Source: Cyanophora paradoxa CCMP329
Taxonomy: Eukaryota; Plantae; Glaucophyta
Direction of reading: 5' to 3'
NCBI GenBank assembly: GCA_004431415.1
Contig: QPMI01000486.1
Span: 1-39,690, forward strand
Length of the DNA: 39,690 nucleotides
In this document: piece after piece, positions 1-10,865 of the stretch
Layout: every line of letters begins with the position of its first letter
Position numbering within the stretch: position 1 is the first letter of the stretch
Notes under the pieces: model-generated
Seen by the model: the letters and a program-made list of their open reading frames with translations, nothing else
Databases searched by the model: none
Told to the model about the DNA's origin: nothing
Translations under genes and position numbers: made by a program

Positions 1-2008
1 GAGGCCGCAAGAAGAAGCCAGAGAGCTCGAGCGAGTCAGAGGAAGAGGAGCCCACGTCCCCGTCCTCCGAGTCAGAGGAAGAAGAGAGGAAGAGGAGCCG
101 GAGCCTAAGCCGAAGGGCAAGGGCAAGGGCAAGGGCAAGGGAAAGGAAAGGCCAAGGGGGGCGCACCCGATACGGGCGTGGACGAGCTCGAGACGCCCGT
201 CGTTGAGATTCCGAAGCGATACTGCTGGTTCAGGGCGAGGACGGCATATTCCAGCAGCAGAAGAGCATATCCGATTACATCAAGCTCTCGGCCACCAAAG
301 AAGTTCAGATGCTCCCATCGCTGCTCGATAAATCATACCACGAGCCCGCGACCCTCTGGAGCATCCACAGCGAAATCGAGTACGATAAACTCCCCGAGGA
401 GCGACTGCGCGCCATACCGCGCACGTACCAGAGCGCGCAGAAATCGCCGCCAATCTGCTACCGCTGCCTTCGCCTCATGTACGAAGCCACGCCCGTGCCG
501 AGCGCCAAGGGGGCCAACACGCCAGAGAAAATCGCCGCGAGGGAGGCAGCGCAGGCGAGGAAGGATGCCGTGTACGAAGAGTACGTTGCATTATAGAGAA
601 GGCAAACGCGTGGGCAGCCAAGCAAAACGGCAAGGGAAAGAAAAAGGGCCAGGAGCCGTACCCCCTCATCAAGGACAAGAAGCCGGCGCAGGTGCCCACG
701 GTGTCGCCCAGGAACTCGTGGCTCTGCCAGAAATGCGTCACGCTGCTCGGCAACAGGGCCTGCTCGTGATCTTGGGCCTGCAGAGGCGAAAGAGGGGCGA
801 CACGGCCACCGTCTCCAAGCAGACGCGCGATCACATGGTCGAGAGCGTGCTCGGCGGGCCGAAGCCAAAGACCACGAAAAAGGCAAAGGATACGGCCGCT
901 GACTTCGGATCGTCCGTCATCGAGCCCAACTCTGCGCAGTCGAAAATCAGAAAGGCGAAAATCGTGGCGGCGCCGAGCATGGAAGATTTAATGGCAACCT
1001 TCGCGGACGCGCAAGAGGTGAAGCAGAACATAGAGAAGGCGAAAACGGGACTGCAGGCGGCGCAGGCAAACGGGCTGGAGGCGCTCGAGAAGGTGATCAC
1101 GGAAATCAGCGAGACGGGGCGGTCGGTCTTCATCCTCAACAAAAAGAATCCCGACGGAAGCACGCGGTACGACATACGACAGGCGCGCCAGTCGCGCTAC
1201 TGGGTGCTCTTCAACACGCACAAGCGCCTGGGAGAGGCGCGCGAATTCGAGGCGGCGGCGCTGCGCGACAGCCTCAGAGGTGCTCTCGGACGCAGAATTC
1301 TACAAGTTCATACGCTTCAATATGAAGGAGAGCGGCAAGTACAAGGACGACACGTACGCCAACGCAATCATCGGAATTCGCGTGCAAGGGGGCGTGGAGG
1401 TGGGGCCGACGGACGGGGCGCTGCACGCCCACGTGCTGGTGACGATCGATCACATATCGAACCTGCAGGTGCTGTGGGCGAATTACGACTGGGTGGTGCT
1501 GCTGAAGGAGAAGGAGCCGGGCACCACGACCGTGTACGAGCGGCTGCACCAAATTCTGTCCGCGAAATTCACGGCGGCCGGGCAGCGCCTCGTAGACCAG
1601 AAGAGGCAGAGGCAGGACCGCAGCCGAGCATCGATACGATGGTGGAAATCGCAGAGCTCGAGCGCATGCTGACGGAAGAGAAGATAGGCATGGGAAAGAT
1701 CCGCCCACCGTCCTTGCGTCGCTGATCCCAGAGGAAAATTACGCGAGCAAGCTGCAGGAGTACCTCTCGAAGACGCTGCCCGACAAGCAGAGGCGCGATT
1801 TACTGAAAGAGTGGTCGCACGCGCGAAACACGAACAACACCGACAACAACACGGACGGGTACCTCTTCACGATTTTCCAGGCGGACGCCGGCCAGGCGGA
1901 CGATCCCCGCTTTGCGCCGCAGGCCGCGGAAATCGGCGACCTGAGGGCCAGGGGCCGAGGGCGCGGAAAAGGCAAGGGGCGCGGAAGGGGGAGGGGTAGC
2001 GGATAATA
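1..2008 (+). CDS. Large protein (5' truncated, several frameshifts): acidic/KG-repeat region, CxxC pairs, C-terminal HUH endonuclease-like domain
   Basis: Stitched frames give ICYRC...LCQKC, then SRYWVLFNTHK (1192-1224, motif I-like), EVGPTDGALHAHVLVTIDH (HAH at 1424-1432, motif II) and YASK/EYLSK (1740-1772, motif III YxxK). 3' end approximate. Confidence 0.55.
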
Positions 2009-2028
2009 AATCTGACGGGCCCGCGAAA

Positions 2029-2244
2029 ATGTTCGAGGGGGAATGCACCCACTCGGACATTATCTCGGTAATTGGCCTCGTCCTCTTCCTTGCATCGGAG
2101 CTGCTGGGCTCTTCGGAGCGAGTGGGACCCAACACAGTATTCGGCGCCCTCAAGGCCGCGGCGCTAAAGGTGGCTCGGCGTAGGCAACCCGAGCAGCCGG
2201 AGCCCCCGCCGAGCTGCAGAGGCGCGAGAGCACGCAGAACATAG
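2029..2244 (+). CDS. Small putative membrane protein
   Basis: ATG ORF with hydrophobic IISVIGLVLFLASELLG followed by a basic tail. Confidence 0.5.
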   Translation: MFEGECTHSDIISVIGLVLFLASELLGSSERVGPNTVFGALKAAALKVARRRQPEQPEPPPSCRGARARRT

Positions 2245-2310
2245 GGCCGCACCACGTCGACATTCAGATGACGCAAACCGGTACCCGTTTTTTTCTAGAG
2301 AACATGGGAA

Positions 2311-2664
2311 ATGGAGACTCCCGCGACACCAGCCCCCAGCGCAGAGGCTCCAGCGCCCAGCAACTCCAGCAGCAGCACCAGCACGGCCTACCCTTGGCTT
2401 CTTAGGACTTACGCGCGAAAGAAGCAGCAGCAGCCGAAGGCACCGGCGGAAATGGCGGCTGACCTGGATCGGTGCACCCGCCGCGCCATCGCGAGCTACG
2501 CCAAGCGGGTCGAGCAGTACCACCCCCAGATGGCAGAGGACGCCCGGGCGTACGCGAAAAACCCCGCCGCGAGCCCGCCCGTGATGGCCGCCGTCATCGA
2601 CAGGCTGCAGTGGGCGCTGCACGAGGAGGGAGAGCGCGTCAGGAATTTCTTCATGCCCAAGTAA
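2311..2664 (+). CDS. Hypothetical protein (117 aa)
   Basis: ATG ORF with GC-rich third codon positions, tiled between neighbours, preceded by a T-rich gap. Confidence 0.55.
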   Translation: METPATPAPSAEAPAPSNSSSSTSTAYPWLLRTYARKKQQQPKAPAEMAADLDRCTRRAIASYAKRVEQYHPQMAEDARAYAKNPAASPPVMAAVIDRLQWALHEEGERVRNFFMPK

Positions 2665-2692
2665 ATTTCTGAAAGGGGCCTTAAACCCGAGA

Positions 2693-2880
2693 ATGATGTC
2701 CTGCCGAGCCTCGACAGCATCCTCAGCGATTCGCGCTACCTGGGCAGCCTGCTGACCCTCGGCGCCGTTGCGTACATGTCGCCCGCGCGCTACTACCTGA
2801 TGCGGATCCTCCTCGCGCAATTCGCGGGCTACTACTTCGTGGGCCCCACCCTCCTGAACATGGGTCCGAAGCGGGCTTAA
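2693..2880 (+). CDS. Small hydrophobic protein (one frameshift near the start)
   Basis: Frame reads DVLPSLDSILSDSRYLGSLLTLGAVAYMSPARYYLMRILLAQFAGYYFVGPTLLNMGPKRA*, with two hydrophobic segments. Confidence 0.4.
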
Positions 2881-2899
2881 TTTCTCAGCCCCTCCCTAA

Positions 2900-3350
2900 A
2901 TGTCCTGCGTTAACCTCTACGTCCAGTCGAACGGGGAAACGCAGGATTCCGAGGGCTTCTGGCGTCTCAGGCTGAACCAGATCCCCGCCGACATCGACAC
3001 GCTGCAGATCAAGGGAGTCTACCTGGAGCTGGACACGACCGCGATTCCGGACCCCACCGCCGCGAAAACCGTAAACGTGCTGCTGATGGACGTGCCCGAC
3101 TTGAACGTGAGGACCATCTCGAACGTCAACACGTGCATTAACAAGGTCGTGATACCGACGTGGGGCCACGACGGCCTGGGAAAACACCATCCTCTACTGG
3201 TTCGAGGTGCCCATGGCCGTGCGCCCGAATTACGTCGCGTACGATAAGTTCCAGGAGCTGCGCGTGCGCTTCACCGACATAACGGGCGCCACCAAGAAGA
3301 ACAACGCCTTCATCGTCAAGAACTTCGGCCTCTGGGCCTACGCTAAATAG
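2900..3350 (+). CDS. Putative minor capsid (penton-like single jelly-roll) protein, one frameshift
   Basis: ORF 2900-3247 continues after ~3185 in another frame as TILYWFEVPMAVRPNYVAYDKFQELRVRFTDITG...WAYAK*. Beta-rich; the LRVRFTDxxG ending resembles LKVRLTYWNG and LTVQILTESG of the pentons in this window. Confidence 0.45.
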
Positions 3351-3370
3351 ATTTTCGCAGGCCCCCTTAA

Positions 3371-3847
3371 ATGCGCCTGATCATATTTCCGCGGAAGGGC
3401 TCGGGCGTCAAGACGCGCACCTTTACGGGCGTGCCTGGCTACCCCTCGCCCCTTGCTTACAGAGTCGATCTTGTAACCGCCTCTGGTCCAATTAAATACG
3501 GGCTGCTGCACAGCCTCAGTCACATCCGTCTCGGTGAGAGCGCTTGGCAGGACTTGGCCTTAATCGTAGAATTCGAGTACAGGGGGGTAGACGTGGAAAC
3601 GGGCGAGCACTTCTACAGGGTACGGGTAGCAAGGGAGGGGTACTCGCTGCCGAACGGCACGGGCGGGGAGCACTGGGAGCCGAAAATACGCGATGCCTCC
3701 GAGGCCTACCGCTGGCTGCGTGACGAGCAGATAGTTATCAGGCCCGATTACCCCTACGCCGACGTTTTCTGGCAGGTGCCGGTGGGCCGCTGGACAACGG
3801 GCGAGGTGAGCGGCAAGCTGAAGTGGACGTGGGACGCGGAGCGCTAG
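3371..3847 (+). CDS. Hypothetical beta-rich protein (158 aa)
   Basis: Intact ATG ORF preceded by ATTTTC...TTAAATG, as for neighbouring genes. Confidence 0.6.
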   Translation: MRLIIFPRKGSGVKTRTFTGVPGYPSPLAYRVDLVTASGPIKYGLLHSLSHIRLGESAWQDLALIVEFEYRGVDVETGEHFYRVRVAREGYSLPNGTGGEHWEPKIRDASEAYRWLRDEQIVIRPDYPYADVFWQVPVGRWTTGEVSGKLKWTWDAER

Positions 3848-3872
3848 TTAATTTTTCTCTCTCGCGAATAAA

Positions 3873-6559
3873 ATGTCGATGCTCGACGACCCTTGGCGCA
3901 TGGCAATACCAAATCCGGACGAGGTGCTGAACGGCGCCTTCGCGATAGACGGAGCCTGAGCGTGAGGGGAATTTACGCGGACGAGATTCGACTGCGCAAG
4001 GGCGCAACGTACAGCGATTTCCTGACGACTATAGCTCGCTCGAAGATTTCGGGACCTCACTGCGATTATCAAGGGCTGTGGGGGGGTGCGACCGAGACGG
4101 GCGTCGATTGGAACATAATCAAGAGGGCGGCCGACGTGAAAATTGCAGACGCCGTCACAGCAAAGGATGCCACACTGAACCTCGTGAAACTGACGCTAAA
4201 GGGCACAGAAGGCGATGTCAAGCCCGGTACAACTCCCTCGAGCGCATCGCGGGCCCGCTGCGCCACATCTACTGGAGCCGCCAGGCGCTGCCGAGCATGG
4301 AACCCGAGCAGTACAGCGCGACAGGAGGAGTTTTTTGCGTGGTTCGACCACTTCAAGGTCACATCCGCGCCCTGAGCGCCGACAGGACGGGCGAGACGCC
4401 GGAGACGACGAGCGGGGCCGCATCCCGGCGGCGCCCGACGTGCTCCCCGATCGCTCTGACTGGGCGAAAACCCAGAACTGGGCGCTGAAGGACCACTTCC
4501 ACGACGAGAGGTACCGCGCTCGTCAAGCACCCGCACGTGAAGGCCGACATCACGGACTGGGCGCACCGCCACCGTACGACGACATCATCGCGGGCCCAAG
4601 TGCCGGGCGCGATTCCGGGTGGGGGTACGGGCGGCGGAAGCACCGGGGTGGGGTACAGGGGTGGAGCACCGGGGGCGGGGTACAGCACGGGGTGGGGTAC
4701 AGGCACGGCGGGCGGAGGGGCACAGGCGGTACGCCCGTGGAGGGGGCGGGGTAGCAGCGGCTCGGGTGGCGGCGGCTCGGCGGGAGAGAGCGCGGAGGGG
4801 TACGCTCGTGCCGATCCTTGGTACGACACGGAATCTTCGGCGCGGCCCTGATTGCAGGCGGTGCAAAGTACTACAGGATCGGAAGGCGTACGAAAAGGAC
4901 CTTGCAGAGCTGAACGCGAGCCTCCCGTAAAATTCGATTCCGAGGACGCGCAGCGCGAGTACTACAAACTCGAGAACGAAAAGAAGCAATGGAGCGAGCT
5001 GAAAGACAAGGAAATGACAGAGGTCGCGGAGAAGAAGGCGGAAGCGAACAAGCTGATGACAGACGCGCAAAGGCAGGAAGAGAGCGCCCTCACCGCGCTA
5101 AGGTCGGCAGAGCGCCAGGTCGCGGAAGAGCGCACGAAAATGATACTCGACGCCGAGGAGGAGCTGAAGAGGATAAACGAGCAAAGGGAAGCGCCAAGGC
5201 GAAAAGCTGCAGGAAATTGAAGCGCTGACGCAGGCACCGAGCTGCTTGAGGCGCAGAGGAAAGAGATCGAGGATAGGAAGAAGAAATGGAAAAGGAGGCA
5301 GAGACGAGAAGGCAGCTGCTGGAAGAGGAAGAGGAAACGAGGAGAAAGGCAGAGAGCTGCAAACGGGCGTGCAGGAGGCGAACAGGCTCCGGGAGGAAAT
5401 CAAAAATTAAAGGAGCCGCCGAGCGCGCGGACGAGCAGTCGAAAAAATTCAAGCCAACGCGGACGAGCTGGCACAGAGGCTGCTCAAGTACGCGCCACGG
5501 CAGAGGCTCGCTCGCCCATGGGGACGGCCGAGACGCAGACGACGCGAGGCCGATCCAGGCCGGCCGCCGAGAGGCTGCCCTTCGCGCGGCTGGGTAGGAG
5601 CGACCAGGTGGAAGAGCTCATTGGCCTCACGCTCGAGGATCAGAGGGCCCTCTTCGACGCGTTAGAGCAGCGGCGCAGGGCGGACGGAGGCAGCTGCCAA
5701 GACAGAAGAGGAACACTGAAGGCAATGCAAACTGCATCAGACGAGGAATTTGCACGGCTGGAGGAGCCGAAGGTAGGGAGCGTAAGCGACGACTGGAGAC
5801 GTTCAGGGGCGCAGATGGATTTTTACCGCTCGGAGCTCAAAAACTGAAAGAAGGAAATGCATCGGGGACAGGGTCCGCGCCATGAAGAGAACATGCGCGA
5901 CTTTAGCTACGTTATGGATCAGCTGACGGAAAGGGGTCAGAAAGACGCCGAAGAACTGAGGAGAAAGATGGCCGATGAGAATGGAAAAACTTTGAGCGTC
6001 AGGCTGTTCAGAGGCCCATCAGCGATGCCATCTGGATAGCATACGGCGACGTGGAGGAGATGCACCGCGAACTGCGGAGGAAGTGAGCCTATGGCGGGGA
6101 GCCTCGAATGGTCACTGTACGGATGCAAAAGGGAAAGTTTGTGGCAGAGCTGCGAGCCAATCCGAAACGGTGAGCGCGGCGCACAGAGCGCGTACCTCTC
6201 CATGGTCGATTACGTGGGAAGCTGAGCAAATTTTGGGAAATGCGAAGAGCATCATTCAGCGGAGGGCTCGCGCAGTACGATGCCATGTGCGCGATCTGGA
6301 GGCCTTCAAACGTGAGCACCACCCGCCAAATACAAGATTCACATAGATACGAGGCATTCATGGGCGATCTAAGGAAGAGAGAGACGAGCAAGAGTCAGAT
6401 CGAGGAGCGCTACAGAAAGGCCAAGCGGACAAGGAGTACGCAAACAGGGTGATCGAAGAGCGGAAGCAGCAGCAAGAGAACGCGGCGAGACGCAACGCCG
6501 AGATAGAAGAGCAGAGGCGGAAGATCGCAGAGCGCAAGGCGGAGAGGAAACACATATAA
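3873..6559 (+). CDS. Long coiled-coil protein with Gly-rich linker (many frameshifts, about 890 aa if one gene)
   Basis: Starts AATAAAATG at 3873. Consecutive frame fragments include GGGTGGGSTG... and E/K/R/Q-rich heptad stretches. Ends RKAERKHI* at TAA 6557-6559. Confidence 0.5.
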
Positions 6560-6618
6560 AACAAATATTATTATCCTCGCGTTCCGCTCAGGATAATAAT
6601 ATTTGTTTTTATATGTGT
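6550..6618. terminator. 28-bp-stem AT-rich hairpin overlapping the last stop codon of element A
   Basis: ACACATATAAAACAAATATTATTATCCT, loop CGCGTTCCGCTC, AGGATAATAATATTTGTTTTTATATGTGT (one extra T). Terminator function is inferred. Confidence 0.6.
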
Positions 6619-6865
6619 GTTACTATAAGTTTATAAAGATATTAGCATTTTATCATAGTGTATATCGATATGTGATATGTATTCTATCGGTAGTTCGTAA
6701 ATGAATCATAAAAATAATATAGTATCGTGGAATCTTGTAAAATATGTTATATAATATGTAATCGCGATATAGCCGATATGTGTTTACGATGCGCGATGTG
6801 TATCTAAAACAACTACAATGTGCTGCTTGGGACGCGCTCATATAGTCATGTGTATCACTACGTAG

Positions 6866-7088
6866 CTTCGATAGGGTGGGCGGGTGGGGTGAGGTGGGGC
6901 ATTTTTTTGAATTCCTAAAATGTTTTCACTCCAAAAATTCTTGGTCAAAAGACCCCACCCAACCACTTACCCCACCTGTATTATTCTTTATCTATGATTG
7001 ATTTCAATGTAATTTAAATATAAATATGTATGATTGAGTATGTTAAATTAATACTGGTGGGGTGTGAGGGTGGGGTGTGAGTGGTATC
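6866..7088. repeat. GGTGGG inverted-box module, copy 1
   Basis: TTCGATAGGGTGGG..GGTGGGGTGAGGTGGGGC, 50-bp spacer, GACCCCACCC..CCCCACCTGTA, AT-rich tract, GGTGGGGTGTGAGGGTGGG. Confidence 0.9.
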
Positions 7089-7171
7089 GGTATGGTAGTC
7101 ATCTAAGATGGCACACATAAATCATGATGTGTTATTTTTACTTCGGTTTGATACTTATCGGACTTCGATAA

Positions 7172-7403
7172 CTTCGATAGGGTGGGGCGGGTGGGGTGAG
7201 GTGGGGCATTTTTTTGAATTCCCTAAAATAATTCCCCTCAAAAATTCTTGGTCAAAAAAGACCCCACCAACCCCACTTACCCCACCCTGTATCTTTTATT
7301 ATATTTATGATTGATTTCAATGTAATTAATGTATAAAGTATAGAGATTATGTATGTTAAATTAATACCGGGTGGGGTGTGAGGGTGGGTGTGAAAGTGGT
7401 ATC
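7172..7403. repeat. GGTGGG inverted-box module, copy 2
   Basis: Same architecture with a 52-bp spacer; closest to copy 1. Confidence 0.9.
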
Positions 7404-7542
7404 AGCCAACCATTTAATAATTACGATATTGAACCGACGTGATACCGACGAGATATGATATATTCAGATCGTATTAGAACGGCGCGATCACTAAGAAAAA
7501 CAGTATCATGTGCTGTATATTTCGCGATCCCTGAATCGCGAA

Positions 7543-7584
7543 TCGATAGGGTGGGTGAGAAAGTGGGGCACCACCTCACTGTAT
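7543..7584. repeat. GGTGGG module, internally deleted partial copy
   Basis: TCGATAGGGTGGGTGAGAAAGTGGGGCA joined directly to CCACCTCACTGTAT. Confidence 0.6.
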
Positions 7585-7636
7585 ACACTGTGATATGATC
7601 GCAATCCCGATGTAGCCTACTATGATATCGTGCGGA

Positions 7637-7860
7637 CTTCGATAGGGTGGGTAAGTGGGTGAGGTGGGGCATTTTTTGAATCCCTTAAATTTTGGGGGTC
7701 AATATTTTTGGGCAAAAAAGACCCCACCCAACCCACCCTCCCACCCTGTATTACTTATCGATACACCTCACTTATTTCAATGTATAAACTCTATTAAATT
7801 AGATAGTAAATATGTATAGAAATAACGAGATTGTAGTATAGGGTGGGGTGTAGGGTGGGG
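7637..7860. repeat. GGTGGG inverted-box module, copy 3
   Basis: Same architecture with a 49-bp spacer. TTTTGGGCAAAAAAGACCCCACCCAACCCACCCTCCC is shared with the copy at 15786-16001. Confidence 0.9.
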
Positions 7861-8268
7861 CAAAATGCAAACTGAATCAGTGCGATATAATTTAGTGAAC
7901 ACAAAGTGGATATGAAGTGGATACGAAGTGGATACGAAGGGGATAAGTGCGCCCGCCCACTATGCAAGATACATGCAAACTACATGCGAGTTCTATGAAA
8001 CAATAACGATTTAGTCATGTATATATTTCGTATATATGTCCGCACCTCCGTGTGTGTGATCCGCACAACTTTGCTTTTTGTGTTTTTTTTTTTTTTTTCG
8101 CATATCACGACATATACATATATACACCGGCGTCACGACATATTCGGGTCATCACATCGCGGCGATTCCGAAAACATATAGCATGCGATAGCGTAGTATT
8201 TTTACGTTGTCTGATCGTAATGTGATAATTAGCTGTTATGGCTGATCGTAATGTGATAAGAGATCATC

Positions 8269-8572
8269 GATAGTAGGCTGACAGTAGGCTGAGAGTAGGC
8301 TGATAGTAGGCTGACAGTAGACTGACAGTAGGCTGACAGGGTGATAGTATAGGCTGACAGGGTGATAGTATAGGCTGACAGGCTGATAGTATAGGCTGAC
8401 AGGCTGATAGTATAGGCTGACAGGCTGATAGTATAGGCTGACAGGCTGATAGTATAGGCTGACAGGTGATAGTATCGGCTGATAGTATAGGCTGACAGGA
8501 TCAGGATTGGCTGATGACAGGCTGACAGGATCGGGATTGGCTGAGGACAGGCTGACAGGATCAGGATTGGCT
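8269..8572. repeat. Hierarchical tandem repeat (11-, 21- and 30-bp units built on AGGCTGA)
   Basis: GA(T/C/G)AGTAGGCT about x6, GACAGG(G/C)TGATAGTATAGGCT about x7, GACAGGATC(A/G)GGATTGGCTGA(T/G)GACAGGCT about x2.6. Confidence 0.9.
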
Positions 8573-9367
8573 ATAATAAAGCGTGCTCAGGTTACGGTGT
8601 CCAATCAAAAACGCACACAATTCAATCGGCGAAAGGGGCATACGGGAAAAGCGAAAGGGGGATACCAAAACACCGATTTTCGATGGAAATCGTCAAACGC
8701 TTGTATCTCATCACCAGCTCATCACCCTGCAAAACTGAAAATAGCGCCGTGACCGTCTTAACGAGGCTAGCACGTCCATATAAGTTTCATAGGCTCAAAA
8801 AATAATGTGTAAAATGCATAGTTTTTAAAAATGCGATCGCGGGCTCTAAGCCTCTGACTCCCAGTGACTCGGTGAGCCGCTGAGCCAACTCGGCGGTCGG
8901 CGGTAGCCTATACTATCATAGTATGACACTTGCCAGTTGCATTTTAAGTTGCAAAGTTGGAGTCCCGAGTCCGAGCCCCGAGTCCGAGTCCCGAGTCCCG
9001 ACTCGATAACACCGGCGATCGCGACTTCGCGGAGACCCCCCTTTCGTTTTCCGGCATAACTTTGGACAGCAAGCCGATCTCGGCGCGCTCTCAATTGCTA
9101 CGTGCTCGTAACTTGCTTCCGGGCATGTTGGTGCTAGTTTGACTAGCTAACTCAACCGTGGCAAGAAGTGCAAATTCGCCATAGGCACAAGTGCCCGAAA
9201 ATCGAGGTGTCCGCTACATTCTGAGAGCCGGCGCGCGTTCCCATGAGGCTCCACTAGTCATACTTTGCAACCGTGCGCGTATAGAGTAGTTCTACGCTAC
9301 TACAAAGCGGCGCGGTCTGATTCGCAAAGGGCGCGATTTGGCGGCTACGAAAGCACCGCGGCGCCTA

Positions 9368-10794
9368 CTACTTTCGTGGTCTCAAAGTCGCTTTTCGATC
9401 GCCATTAGCTACCGGCGCTACCGTTGCTACTTTTCTACTACTTCTTAATGTAGCTTTGGTTTCCGGCGCTTTATAGCTCTCAGTTTGATTAGAGAACGAC
9501 TTATACCATCGTTGGCTATTCACGCCGCCGGATAGCTTAGGCTCGGCGGCTGTTACTAGCCGCTGTAATTCTTTATTTACGCGTTTCTCTTTTTGCACGC
9601 GATCTTCTAATAGAGTGCCTTGCGGCACAGCCGCGGCGGCTTCTATGCCCTCTCTACGCAATTGCGCATCGACCCGCGCCTCGTCCTTTGCCGCTTCTAA
9701 TGCATCTACTGTGGCGCCATTAGGTAATCCACAGCTTGGACAGGCAATAGCTCGTGGAAGGCAAAGCGACCTCTACGCGATTGCCGTCCGGATCAGTTAG
9801 CATAAACTTATAGCCCTCGCGCGCGGCGACAGTATATACGATTCGGCTCCAATTGTTACCGCCCTTAGCGAATGGCGTCTTCTCGATCCGTAGCCTTACT
9901 GACATGCCCGGCTGAATCTGATCCAAATAAGCTATCGATTTCTTGAATTTCGCATCTTCTTTTTGCACTATAAGCTTATAGTGACTCTCGTTGGTCTCGC
10001 GGGCATATAGCCGGTCGCAGAGTGCACCGTATTATTATAATTATATTCCAGAGACGAAAGGACATCTATAAATCGCGCCGTATTATTCGCGATGCAGTAG
10101 CTCGTGATCAGCCGCCGCATTTGCTTGTTAAATGCTTCTATGCGCCCTTGCGCGCGATGGTCGGCTGTGTCCGCTATCTGATGCTCGATAAACTGATTCT
10201 CGAAATATTTGCGCATAATATCATTGCGGAATTCGCTTCCCGCATCGCTTTGCACTTTGAAAATTGGTCTCGGCGCCTTATTTTGCAGCTGTATAAAGGC
10301 GGCTAAGGTCGACGCCGCGGACTTCTCCCGCATCGGGATAATGAACCCGACCGTAATGTGTTCTCCATAGCCGTGAGAAAAGCACTGTAATTATCATTAT
10401 ACTTCGAGTAAGCGGGAAAGAATAGCAGATCAATTACGTAGGTATCGAGAGGCTGTCGGATCGGTATAGCAGGGTCTCGTTTGCGGGATAGGTGCGGCGC
10501 ATTAATCTGAACGACCTCTTGCCGCTATACCACTCTTGCAATTTCTTATAATTCTCATTGGGCAGCTCTTGCCGTAGCTTAGTGATCCCTTTGAAACCGG
10601 TTTGCGGATCGTAGAATTTACGCGCGATTTTCGATTGCTCCGGGACAGCAAGGGCTACGGGCACGTCGCGGGGCACCAAAGCCTTTAAATCAGACCGCTT
10701 TACTATGCGGCTCTCTTTATTCTCTTTCGGCACGGGATCGGCAATGTGCTCCCTCTAAATCTTGCGATCGTCTTACTATTGGCGGTCTTGACAT
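9368..10794 (-). CDS. Retroviral-like (rve, DDE) integrase, Polinton type, frameshifted
   Basis: Fragments KFYDPQTGFKGITKL; YVIDLLFF; VQSDAGSEF; AQGRIEAFNKQMR; YNNTVHSATGYMP; PGMSVRLRIEKTPFAKGGNNWS. Confidence 0.85.
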
Positions 10795-10865
10795 CCTTGT
10801 CATCAGACAATAAAAAGATCAATGTAACATTTTACATGCACGAGGCAATAGAAGGTTTTGTTTGT

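Larger units (their letters stand above)
1..6618 (+). mobile_element. Element A: GC-rich virus-like gene block (left end outside window), all genes on + strand
   Basis: Visibly GC-rich, densely packed intron-less ORFs with short T-rich intergenic gaps. Contains a HUH-motif protein and a penton-like ORF. Abrupt switch to AT-rich DNA at the hairpin 6550-6618. Confidence 0.5.

Noticed and set aside
178-1725. 515-aa ORF from the track taken as a single real protein
   Set aside because: Only parts (about 760-1280 and 1630-1715) read like genuine coding frame. The rest is off-frame Arg/Pro/Gly-rich text across indels.
458-6564. Many minus-strand ORFs in the GC-rich block
   Set aside because: Antisense shadows expected in GC-rich coding DNA; no motifs.
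6871-7400. Telomeric repeats, or coding ORF 7108-7314
   Set aside because: The G-boxes are not tandem telomere units and occur in inverted orientation. The ORF is just the translated repeat.
6866-7860. CRISPR-like array
   Set aside because: Units are ~220 bp, diverged and irregularly spaced; there are no cas genes and no constant short repeat-spacer period.
8083-8098. Poly-T run as a retroposon tail
   Set aside because: No TSD or SINE/LINE body could be identified.
8507-8752. 81-aa ORF with DRLTGSGLA repeats
   Set aside because: Translation of the 30-bp tandem repeat, with a non-ATG start.
8808-10836. TGTAAAATG...CATTTTACA 9-bp inverted repeat around B's integrase as a separate small transposon
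   Set aside because: Only 9 bp in AT-rich DNA, and the flanks (aatg / tgca) show no target duplication. It cannot be supported, though worth rechecking against other copies.
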